Source: an uncultured virus (IMG/VR IMGVR_UViG_3300030098_002040)
Taxonomy: Duplodnaviria; Heunggongvirae; Uroviricota; Caudoviricetes
Virus record (IMG/VR): IMGVR_UViG_3300030098_002040
Coordinates: 1-64,000 of that record
Length of the DNA stretch: 64,000 nt
Strand: one strand, 5' to 3'
The notes under the pieces were generated by a model. It was not told where the DNA came from. It saw only the letters and a list, made by a program, of their open reading frames with translations, and did no database searches. A program made the translations under genes and the position numbers. Position 1 is the stretch's first letter; each line of letters begins with the position of its first letter. Positions 8,236-19,400 of this stretch are shown in pieces.

Positions 8236-10035
8236 TCAGCCAATAGCTGATGGCAGCTTATCTAGCAATGCTGCAATATCAAACTCTTCAACGCCAGCTC
8301 TTTGCGGTAGACGCTTATTGTGAGCTTTGCAGAAGTCACCTAGATAATCATGGTTAGTGAACATCCAGATCAAAACCTCTTTGAAGATTTGACGTACAGT
8401 ATCTACATAGGCTACAGGGACACCAAAAGAATCGTGGATAGTCGCAATAGGAATACCCAGCTTCTGACATTTGTTGACTACAAGAGTAACAATGACAGCA
8501 TCTATAAGGTGTGTAAAACATGGAGCACACGCAGCTATCCTGCCCTGACCAGTAGTCATAGGACAAAGATTCTTACGAATCCTCTTGCGTTCATCATCCA
8601 TTGTAAATGAAATATCAATATAGTCCTTGATAGACTCACTCCCTCTCTTGTGAGGAAATGGATGTATAATAATATTATTATCAAGTGGATGCACAAAAGA
8701 AAAGCAAGAATCTGTTTTCTTGTACCAACTACTAGCAGCACCTTTTAACGTACCAAGGTAATCCTTGATAGACGGAAAGCGATTGAACATAGCTTGCTGT
8801 AATGACTTAGCCAAATAAGACAGTTGCCTTATCTGATTAGGAACAGACAAGTCTGCCAAGTGTGACTTAAGACAAGACGCTGGAGATAGTGTGACTTCCT
8901 CAAGAGGAATACGACCCTTTTCGATTTGAGTAGCCAACCCATCGGTTGACTTCGTATCGAGTAGAGACATGTCACACTCCTGTCCAAAGACAAGGATAGT
9001 TCCGATAGCACAAGCTAAAGCATCAGACGCTGTACCATACATGGTTTGAATCCCAGTTGGCTTAGCGATTTCTTTTCTTAAGATCTTAGTATCAATCTCA
9101 GAAAGTGCTTTAGACCAAGAAGAGCCTTCATTTAGAAACTGATCAACAATAGCTAAGTAGAAGTCTTCTTCTAGTATGGTAGTTAGCAAGTTCTTGTCTC
9201 GCATCATAAGAGACACTAAGAGTGGACCAGATGATTTAGTATCTAGTTGCACAATGTAATGCTCTGCAAATGTTTGATCAGTACAAGCTAACCATGCACT
9301 ATATGCTTTCCAAGATTCAGGTACATTATGAGTCGTGAATGAGGAAAAGTACTTACCGTACTCTTCTTTTAAGAAGTCACGAGCTCTATCCCATTGCTCA
9401 TCTGTAAAAGGATAAGCATCTGCAAAGCAGACGAGAGATCGATTAAGATCATCACCTTGATGAGATAATATACCAGAGCCATTGTAGTATCTACCACGCC
9501 AGTCGAGAAAGACTGTGTTGTAGAATCTATCCCAGCTTTCAATCCTTTCGAGTTCCCTAAAGACAGGTTCAGTTTGATCAGACATTACCTTTTCTTTATT
9601 AAGATAAAGCATATGTTCGATCTCAGGATGAATGTCAAACGGTGTATTGCCGATATACGACAGGGCATCCTGCACTCTCTTAGGTTGAGGCACATTGCCA
9701 TTGCGACTCACCACAGTACGGTGTGTCCCTGCAATATAAGGACGAGACAATACATATCCTTTAAGCCTTGTAGGCTCAGGTAGCATTGTGTCGCCCGCTA
9801 CGATAGCATTCTCGATAGACCGTAAATCTGTAAGATCTACATTCCAACCATAGACTGCTACAGCAATCTGCTCTCGCATCTGGTCAACGACCTGATGGAT
9901 AGAGCGGTCTGCTCTTCGTAGTTTATTGCGAATGGTAATGAACTTCTCAAGACCAAAAGTACTGAGAGGTTCCCGGTATCGCTTGGGTAGCTGTTGGATA
10001 GCTCCAAGTTGTTTAGATAGTGGGCTTATAGCCAT
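8236..10035 (-). CDS. Compact, divergent T7-family single-subunit RNA polymerase (RNAP-2, ~599 aa)
   Basis: FLDWRGRYY, motif A LDTKSSG, motif B RKEIAKPTGIQTMYG, APCFTHLIDA, motif C IHDSFG. Start MAISP follows an AAGGAG RBS. Confidence 0.9.
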   Translation of the reverse strand: MAISPLSKQLGAIQQLPKRYREPLSTFGLEKFITIRNKLRRADRSIHQVVDQMREQIAVAVYGWNVDLTDLRSIENAIVAGDTMLPEPTRLKGYVLSRPYIAGTHRTVVSRNGNVPQPKRVQDALSYIGNTPFDIHPEIEHMLYLNKEKVMSDQTEPVFRELERIESWDRFYNTVFLDWRGRYYNGSGILSHQGDDLNRSLVCFADAYPFTDEQWDRARDFLKEEYGKYFSSFTTHNVPESWKAYSAWLACTDQTFAEHYIVQLDTKSSGPLLVSLMMRDKNLLTTILEEDFYLAIVDQFLNEGSSWSKALSEIDTKILRKEIAKPTGIQTMYGTASDALACAIGTILVFGQECDMSLLDTKSTDGLATQIEKGRIPLEEVTLSPASCLKSHLADLSVPNQIRQLSYLAKSLQQAMFNRFPSIKDYLGTLKGAASSWYKKTDSCFSFVHPLDNNIIIHPFPHKRGSESIKDYIDISFTMDDERKRIRKNLCPMTTGQGRIAACAPCFTHLIDAVIVTLVVNKCQKLGIPIATIHDSFGVPVAYVDTVRQIFKEVLIWMFTNHDYLGDFCKAHNKRLPQRAGVEEFDIAALLDKLPSAIG

Positions 10036-10039
10036 ACCT

Positions 10040-10389
10040 AACTCCTTCCGCCAATAGGCAAAAGAAACCAAAGAAACTTCTGGAAACGCTCCAGAAGTAA
10101 AAAGTGCTGGAAGCAATAACTCCTCCAGTACCGTCTCCCGCCATCTTCTCTTCCATGTCTTACGCACAGTAAGACGGCACGGCGAGGATGAGCAGTACGC
10201 CCATCTTTGGTAGCTCACGGCTAAGTAAGCTACCTAAGACAAGCACAGCTTAGGGGGGTATAGGGGGACATTCCGTAATCCCACTAATACAACCCTAGCT
10301 GTATATTCGTGACCCCTAGTCGATTTTCCTAAGTATACCTAGTATATAATATATATAATATATACCTATAGATAAACTATAGTTAACTA
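10040..10389. other. Non-coding hairpin-rich region, probable genome end or terminal-repeat junction
   Basis: Several inverted repeats, GGGGGGTATAGGGGG, TATATAA repeats and repeated CCTA(A)G words. Lies between the last structural gene and the first early gene. Confidence 0.45.
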
Positions 10390-10418
10390 GGGTCTACCTA
10401 CCCTTAACCCAACTATTG
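10390..10418 (-). promoter_or_regulatory. Candidate phage RNAP promoter, copy B (CAATAGTTGGGTTAAGGGTAG)
   Basis: 20/21 identity to copy A; overlaps the stop codon of the giant gene. Confidence 0.55.
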
Positions 10419-13400
10419 CAACTCTTCGGGTAAATCAGGAGTTCTTGGCTTTTGTATTTCTTCTAAAGGATCAACCGAAGGAGCAACATCGACTCGACCC
10501 CTCTCAGGTTGTAGGGTTTCTGTTGCCGGTGCTGGAGCTTGTGTTGGCTCTTGCATTGGTTTTCCTCTAGGAATATTATATTGTTCAATCATATGAGATA
10601 AGAATGCTTGAGGATACAATTCTCTTATTATATTATTAAGATTCTTTTCTTCTTTAGTAAAGAACATATTATTGTTATTTCCAGTATCTATAACAAAGTC
10701 CTCGTTGAATCCTTCACGTCTAGGACCTTGTTGCTGATTACGTCTTAACTGATCTACAGACTTTTGTTTACCTAGAGTATGAGAAAGAATAGCTCTAGTA
10801 AATGGGTTAGCAAATGCCTGACCTATAACTGGATGAGGTGCTAAGGTTAAAAGACGTGCATAGTTTCCAAAGTCTTTCCCATCAGGATTTGTTATATTCT
10901 TAAGAGATTCAAGCTGTCCACTTAGTAATGAGAACCCAACAGGAGCTAAGGGTCTTCCCACTCCTTTGGCTAAGTTGCCTTCTAGAAATCCTTTAAAGGC
11001 TGATACAATAGCTTCTCCTGCAAATCCCATAGAAGGGTTCCTAGATAATATATAAGATATTTCTTTAGCAGGATTTTCTGAAAATCTTCGTCTTAGAGTT
11101 TCAGCACTTACTCCAGCAGCTAACATAATAATAATCATATAAACAGCTTCTTGTAACATAAACCTTATGGTTCTTCCTAAGAAAGCTGCGGGACCATATC
11201 TTGGTAAATCTCTAAAAATTCTTTGTGAAGCGTAAACATTAGGATAAGACTTATAGTGTCTCATTAATCTAAATAGAGGAACATCAGTTGTATCTAAATC
11301 CATAGCGGTAGGATTGATAATATTTAAATGTACCACGGCATCTTCCCAATTCTTTAATCTTCTCATGGCATCATTAAGTCTTGATCTTCCGCTTCTATCT
11401 TGTTCTGAAATATAAGATTTTAAAGATTTGCCAAAAGAATATACTCCATATACCCTAGAAGATTTATCTAATATTATATCTATATCGTTTAAGATAGCAA
11501 TATCTAAAAGACCCATTTGTGCCATTTGATAGACTGCTTCTACTCGACCGTGAGAACTACCAAGGGTTCTAGAAACAATTTCTTTTAATTGTTTTCGATT
11601 TTCTAATACATCCCTATTTTTATTTATTTCTTCAACAAGAGTTTTAAATCTACCATCTTCAATAATTTCCTGTAGAAATTTTCTATAAGATAAAGTAGAT
11701 ACCATTCTAAGGTCAGTATTAATAGCTCCGTTTACAGAGTTTGATAAAATTCTAGATTTTCTTAAAAATCTTCTTGTAGAACTTAACTCGTGATCAGGAG
11801 CCTCATCATCAAACAAAAGACTTCTATCCATTTCATACCTATTATGTTTTAGATACTTAGCGTAATAAGCCATACCAGATGCTAGTTCTTTTTGTTTTAT
11901 TCTTCCATTCTTTGTAGCATGGCTTGCCCCTAATGTTATACTATCTATAAGAGTTGTAAAGAAGTTTGAGAATCCTCTTGGACCTCCAAACATCAAAGAG
12001 GTAGTATTAACTATACCTTCTACTACAGGAGTAGCTACAGTTAAGTTAGGTCCTAATAAAGTAGAAGTAAAATCATTTATTGTATCAACAGCTGGATTTA
12101 CATTGTTTACAGCTCTTGTTGCAACTCCCCCTGTTATCTGTAGTTTTCTTCTTAATATTTGTATATCTTCTAAAAGCCTAGATCTAACAGGTCTTTGTAT
12201 TCCTCCAAATAAACTCTTTACAGAATTATCTATAATATTTAAGCCAGATAAATCTGTATTATTTTCTATAACATTTTCAAATATAGTTAAAAATAAATCT
12301 GCATTTATTGTAGAATCAGTAAATTGTTTTAATGTTGAAACAGTACTTGCATTCCACACAGGACCTCGAACCATACCATTTACAATATCGGATATAGAAT
12401 TATTAAATAAACCTTTAGTATTAGGGTTAGTTAGTAAATCATAAGAACTTGGTATACCTACTATTTTTTGTGGTAAGAAAGAAGTACTTCCTATTCTATT
12501 CATAAGTAAATAAAGTTTGTAATCGATAAGATTTAAAACATCATTAGAGTTTATTAAATATTGTTTATGGTTTGGTCTAACAAGATTATTATCTCCAATT
12601 ACTTTAGCTAAATAACTTCCAGATAAAGCTTGAAATTTACTTACAAGATTTGTATGCGACTCTTTTATTCTTCTATTATATGTATTAACTATAACGTCAT
12701 CAGCAGTAGGTATAATTTGTTTTAAAGTTTTAGTTCCACTAGAAGCTTCTTCATACATACCTTCAACCATTTGATGTCTTAATAAGTTAATCTCTAATCC
12801 TTCCCTTGCAATATAATCCCTTTTAGATTCTGTATCAGTTTTTATTTGTTGCTTTAAAGTATCTGCTCTTTCGTCTTCGCTATTTAAAATACGTTGATCA
12901 ATATATTTTTTAACATTATCAGGAGTTAAATCCCAAGATTTTAAAAACTTTGAATCAACTATTCCATCAGTTACATTACTTAAATCCGGAAGAATATTAG
13001 ACATATACAAACCAATTGGATCAACAACTCCTTTATTAGCGGATTTTAATTCTAGTTCACTTTTAATCATATCTTTCAACGCATCTCGTTTAGATAATAC
13101 TTCATCTAAAACTTTATTATTTTCCATATTTTTAATTTTTCTTTTTAAAGTTAATATAATATTTCTATTAGGATCTGTAAATTCTGGCTCAGATAAAACA
13201 CCAGCATCAAACATAATATCAGTCATTTGTTGTAAAAACTCTTTATATTTTTTTGCGTACTGTTTAATTAAATTATAATCAGGATCAGTTTCTGAAATGT
13301 CCTTTTCGTTAACTATAAATCGAATTGCCCCTTCTTTTATTCGTTCAAATCTATCTGTGTCCAATTTTCCTTCTTCAGTAAATCCTTTATCGTAATCTGC

Positions 13401-16400
13401 TGCTTCTTGTTCTAAAATCATTAATTCATTATAATTGTGTTCAAAGCTTTGAATACCTTCAGGATTTTGTAAATTACCAGTAGTGTTTTCTAATCCACTA
13501 GCAATCATTCTAGAAAATAAAACAATTGGAATAGCATTATTTAAATAAGTTCTATCTGACTGAGTAGTATTAAAACTAAAGATACCATTAGTAGCAAGTT
13601 TATTTAAAGTTAAATATATACTTGGAAAATAAGCTAAGTATTGTTCTGTTCCTTCTAAAACATATTCTCCTCTATGCTCTCCCATTTTTTCAAATGAATC
13701 TGCTAAAAATGTTTTTAAAATATCTAAATCACCTTGTTCATTATTATTTAATAAACTAGTAATATAATTTCTAGGTATTAATAAATCGTCTTTAATTTTA
13801 CCATGTCTAGAATGAGTAATTTCTCTTTTTGAATTATTAATTATTTTGCGATTATTTAAAACAGTTCTTCTATCTTGACCAAACATATTTTTATAATCTA
13901 TTTCAGATATTTGTTTTTCAATATGTTCTTTTTCTTTTAACTTATTAACTAATTCAGCTCTCTTTTTATCTTTTTCTTTTAGATCTTTTGCATTGTTCAT
14001 ATCATTTTCTATATCTCTTAACTCACGCTCTATATTCTCAAGGTCATCTATTAACGTCTCAAAAGAAGTACCAGTAGTTTCTGTTTTAGTAATATTATCT
14101 ATTTGTTCTTTTGTCAGAGGAGAACTATCTCTAAATTGAAATAAAGAAGGAGATTGATCACCTAATGTAAGAGATTTTGGATTTAAAAAGTTATACATAT
14201 TCTCTGCATTAGGATGTCCAGTAGAAACTTCAGAGGGGGTTCTAGAAGAAATAGCCCTATGTATTCCTGCTCGTTGATTAAACCCGTAACTGTTTTCTAC
14301 AATTTTTTCCATCATCTCATATGCTTTTGGTGTTCTTGTTTTAAATCTAAATAATGCATCAGTTATTGTTTGTAAGTATCTTCTAACTGAACGAACAATT
14401 TTACCTACCATTGATTCAACATGTTTATCAGGAACTATAATAGATTTATCATGAGTTACATCTAACATAACTCTATGAGACACATACAAAGCAGCCCATT
14501 CTTCTGGATTATTTTGATAGAAAGCAACAAGAGATTGTAATTGTTCTCCACTATACTTAGAGTACTTAGGAAGAGAAGTTACAAAGTCTCGTATAGAAAC
14601 TTGTCCTTCATAAGATTTAATCCACTCAACAACACTTATCCAATGTGCTTCGTCTTTTCTAATAAATCTTTCTACTCCCATATGTCCAATGGTTTCGTGA
14701 AGAATAATTTCTACCAATTCTGTATTATTATCAACATTAGTAGGATCAACAATTATAGAAAACTTGTCTTTCTTAACACCAAAAACTCCAGACACTCTAT
14801 CCTTAGTTCCTATTTTATACAACGGTTGAGTTGCAATTTCTAAATCTATATCGTTAAAGAACTCAGGATTCATTCTTGCTAAATGAGCAAAAGTTATTCT
14901 TAACATTTCTTTTTGTTCATTGTTTAAATTAGAACTTTCTATAGTTTTATTTAATTCTAAAGCAGTATCATTTGATTTAAATGTTTTATTAAATTGTTTA
15001 AAATCTTTTAAAGACCACAAATCAACATCGTCATCTAAACCTCTTGATAAATCTAAAGGATTATAAATACCATGACTATCTAGTCCCTCTTGTATAGCTG
15101 CTGACAAAGCTAGTTTAGCAGCAATTAATTGAGAAGGACTTGGATCTTTAACACCAACAATTTGTTCTAAGGCTGTTTCAAATCCAACTAAATTTTCTAA
15201 CTCATTAACTTCTTCGCCTATTAATTTAGAACGAACTTCAGAAGCACTGTTTCTATCTAACCATTGCCTAGCACTTCTAAATAATATTTGTGCTTCATTT
15301 AAAGCTGACTCTTGAAAATCTATCTCTGTATTTAATTCTTTATAAAATTTCCCAGCCTTGCGTGTGCGTGATTTAACGATAAGCCCTCTTAATTCGCTTG
15401 CAGTTAAATCTTTATTTAAAATATGCAATGCCCAAGTAGGAAACATATTACTATCTACAGTTAATAAGTCACCTTCAATATCATATTCAGTTCCGTTTAA
15501 ATCTTCTAATACTTTTTTAAATAACTCTACTGTAATAGCCCCATCTTCTTCTGTATATTCTTTAATTCGTTTATTTATTTCTTCTTTACTTGTTATCTTA
15601 TTTAATTCTTCTACTGTATTTTTAACATCTTCATTATCTTTCATATATGTAGGAACATGCTCAGAATTATTTATATCTATTTCTCCTTTTAATCTAGTTG
15701 TTAAAAGATGAACTACCCATCCCCCTACTTCTGTTTTTTCTTTTTTAAGAATATTTTTTGCGTAATCATTTAACTTTCCTTTATCGCTTTTATTTGCTTT
15801 CATGTTCTTAAAGATAGTCCTAAGATCAAAGCTTCTCATTGCTATTCGCAAAGCTAAATCATATTCACCGGTAAGGTTGCCTAATTGTACCCAATCAAAG
15901 TGATTACCATTAAAAGTAACAACCTTATATCCTTCCTTTTGTGCTGCTTCAACTCTTTTTAAAAATGCTTTTAAGTTTTTACCATCAGACATTTTATTTT
16001 CTTTTCGATCAGAGTAATGTTCAGCAATGCTATATACCTTAGTTATTTTACCATCTATAACCCAATCAGTTTCAATATCTATAGCTAATATTTTATTATT
16101 TTTTAACCATCCATCATAATCTAATAGTTCAGGAATATTATCTACACCCTTTAATCCTAATTCTTTTAAAATAGATTTAAAATTATCTACATTAGTTCTT
16201 TGTAAAACTCCTATATTATTAGAATCACTTATATGTTTTTCTAGATGCTTAGTCATTTTATTTAAAGGATTAAAATTAAGTTTATTAATTTGTTCATTTA
16301 ATTTATTTACATTTGGTTCTATTTCTGTAAATGTTTTATAATCTATATTTAAAACAGACGCAGCAAATATTTTAGCATCTTGGAAATTTAATCCATGACT

Positions 16401-19400
16401 ATCTTGAACTTTTAAAGCTAGAGATAATACTCTATTAGTATCATTTGGATTACTAGTTATTTCATCTAATACTCTAGATAATCTTGTATTGCCTGATTTA
16501 GTAGCCGATGTTTTCATAATATCAATAGCTGAATAATAAGATTTTGCATAAGCAGTATCAAAATCCATTCCTTTTAATCCACCTAATTTATCTATATCAA
16601 TAGTTTTATGCCGTTCGTTTGGATCAAATGAACTACTTCTTCTATCGTCTGTAAGAGTATAAGAATCTAATTCAGAGTCTTCCATAATTTCAAATGCTTT
16701 TAAAAGTATTTCATTTTTCTTTCTAAGATCAGTTTGAAACCCAGCTTCTAAACTTTCATGCAATGAACGCTCTGTACCTAAATATGGTTTTTGAGTAATA
16801 GACCTATCTTCAATTTGTCGCAAAAGAGTTGACTTAGTATTAATTAACATCTCTTGCAGCCCTTCACGAGTAAGATGATAGGTAGGTGCTCCAATAACTT
16901 TACCATGTAGCAATGGGTATATACTGCCCCACATTCTTTTAATTTTGCCTTCATGCGTAGGATCAAGAACCATTCTTCCTCTTGTTTCAGAATCAGGATC
17001 TAAATAAATTGTAAAGTTTCTATGATGCTGAATTGAAGCTTCTTCAATTGCTTTAAAGAATATATCAGATGCCATGTTTCTAATAACTGGATCAGGATCA
17101 TTGTACATTCTTTCTAAATCCCACCAAGCTAATAACTGTCCTTCTGGTAATTTACTTTCGAGTTCACGAAGATAAGCTCCAATTTCACTATCTTCTTTTT
17201 TCTTAGCTTGTATATATTCATTTGTTTTAGATATAAGGAAATGCTCCATCATAGCCACGCCAGTTTCTAAATGGTGAACAGCTACCGGTCCTTCTACAGT
17301 TGCTACGACTTCTTTCTTTTTAAAAGCTGTGTCTTCATCTAAAGCTACAAGATGTCTTGGGGCAGCAGTAAAAACTCTTGGATCTCCTTTTTCAGATCGT
17401 TGAGATATTACCTTAGCAAGTTGAAGATAAGACATAGCATCGGTATCTATTGCATCTCCTAGTTCTGGTAAAAATACATCTAACTCTCTAGGATCATAAG
17501 TAGTTGTTTTTACTTCATGAGCAATAGACCTCTGTGTGAATAGTTTATCATACCAAGTCATTCTTATTTCTCTACTTCTTGCTGTATAATCTGCTTCGCT
17601 TGTAGTTCTTAATCCTTTTACAATTCCTCTAGTTTGACGTAAAGTGTCTGACATAATTCTATCATGATCCCATAGAATCCATAATCTAGCCCATTGTTTA
17701 TTTTTTATTTCAGTAAAATATCCTCGTTCCATAGCCCAAGGAAGTACAGACTCTTTAAAGTTTCGCATTGCTTTGTAAACTTTTTGTTCATTAGATTCGT
17801 CACTAAAAACATTACTAATAGGCTCTGTAGCAGGAGGACTAGCTACAGGAAGTGTATTAGTATCGAAAGGATGTGATCCAGTTAAAAGACCTGATACAAA
17901 TAAATTTAAATTATCATCAAGTTTATTATCAGCAAGTTTATTAAAATTATCTATTCTCTTATCTTGTTCTTTAACTTTATTTTCAAAGAATTTTTTTCTT
18001 AAGAACAAAGATCCTTTGTCTTGCATAAGATTTCCGGGAGATCCCATTGTAGGTCTAAATGAAGAGATACCAGCCGGAACTTTTGTTGTAATCTCAACCT
18101 GATCTTTTACAGTTCTTCTTGACCATAATGGTTTATTATTTTCATCAAACCTACCGCCAAATTCATTCTTAGTAAATTGATCTCTACCAATTTCATTTGA
18201 TAGTTCACTAGGATTATTCCAAAAATTATTTGATCGTGCTCTTGCTTGAACAGTATGATCTGATTCAGCTTGCCATTGTGCAAAGTAATCAGCCATAGTA
18301 TATTCTGGTATAGCTAACATAGCAGGTTCTAATTGAGTTGAAACTCTAAGAGCTAAATCTATAGCAATAAGTTTATTTACATAATCTCGTTTATTTCCAA
18401 CTCCTTCAGGAAATCTATTACCTAATGTTTGCCAAATACCGTATGGTTTTTCTTCGCTTCTATAGCTACCAAAGGGACTTGTATAAGGACTCCTAGCTCC
18501 AGCAAAAGGAAGCTGCAATCGTCCTGCTGCTGTATCAATCCCAAACTCTTGGAATACATGGTATTGCAATAGTAGCCCACCCATTAGCCAATTTTCTTCA
18601 ACATGAGCAGGATCTAATCCTGAAGCTTCCATAATTTTTTTAGTCATCTCATCGTATTCAATTCTAATTGGCTGTGCATTCTTTTCATTTAAAACTCTAA
18701 GTAATGGCATTTCTTTCCATGCTTCATTAAACCCTGTTAATAATCTATATATTTCAGAATAATGTTTATTAAATATTTCTGGATTATCTAAATCAGTTTC
18801 AGTTAAAGGTCTATCAACAGAAGGATGTCTTTGTGATTTTAAATATTCTTTAACATTATTAATTCTTTCTTGAGTATCTTTTCTAATAATTTCTTTAAGC
18901 CTTGCTTTTTCTTCAGGTCTTCCTTGACTTAAATAATCTGACATTTCTTCTACATAGTTCTCATGAGCTTGAATTAAATCTCTTCTTTTTTTACCAGCCT
19001 CTTTCATATCATCACCATAGACAGCTAACCAGTCTGCTTTAACTAATTCTTCTTGTTTTGCATAATTTTCTAAAATATTAATTAGCTCTACTCTTTCAGT
19101 AGCAGTCATACCTAATCCTTCAAGAATTGTATTAGTTGCTCCTTGAACTTCATTAATCATAGTTGCTCTTAATGCAGCCCCGCCTTTATTTAAAAAGGTT
19201 GCCCATACTTTAATATCTTTTAGAGTAATGCCGTTAGCTTCAGCTTGTTTTGCCCAATCAGCGTTTTGTTGCCAGTCTTTAACTAATGCATTTGCTGTTC
19301 CTTCTAAACCTGCCCAATATAATTGAACCATAGTAGGCTTCTTCATAAACTCTCTAAATAATTTAACTCTATCTGTAGTCTGGTCGTTATTTTTTAAATC

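Noticed and set aside
10036..10218. 61-aa N-terminal extension of RNAP-2 in the ORF track
   Set aside because: It runs through the hairpin leader, and the ATG at 10035 has a strong AAGGAG RBS. An in-frame TTG after GGAGGAG near 10116 cannot be excluded.
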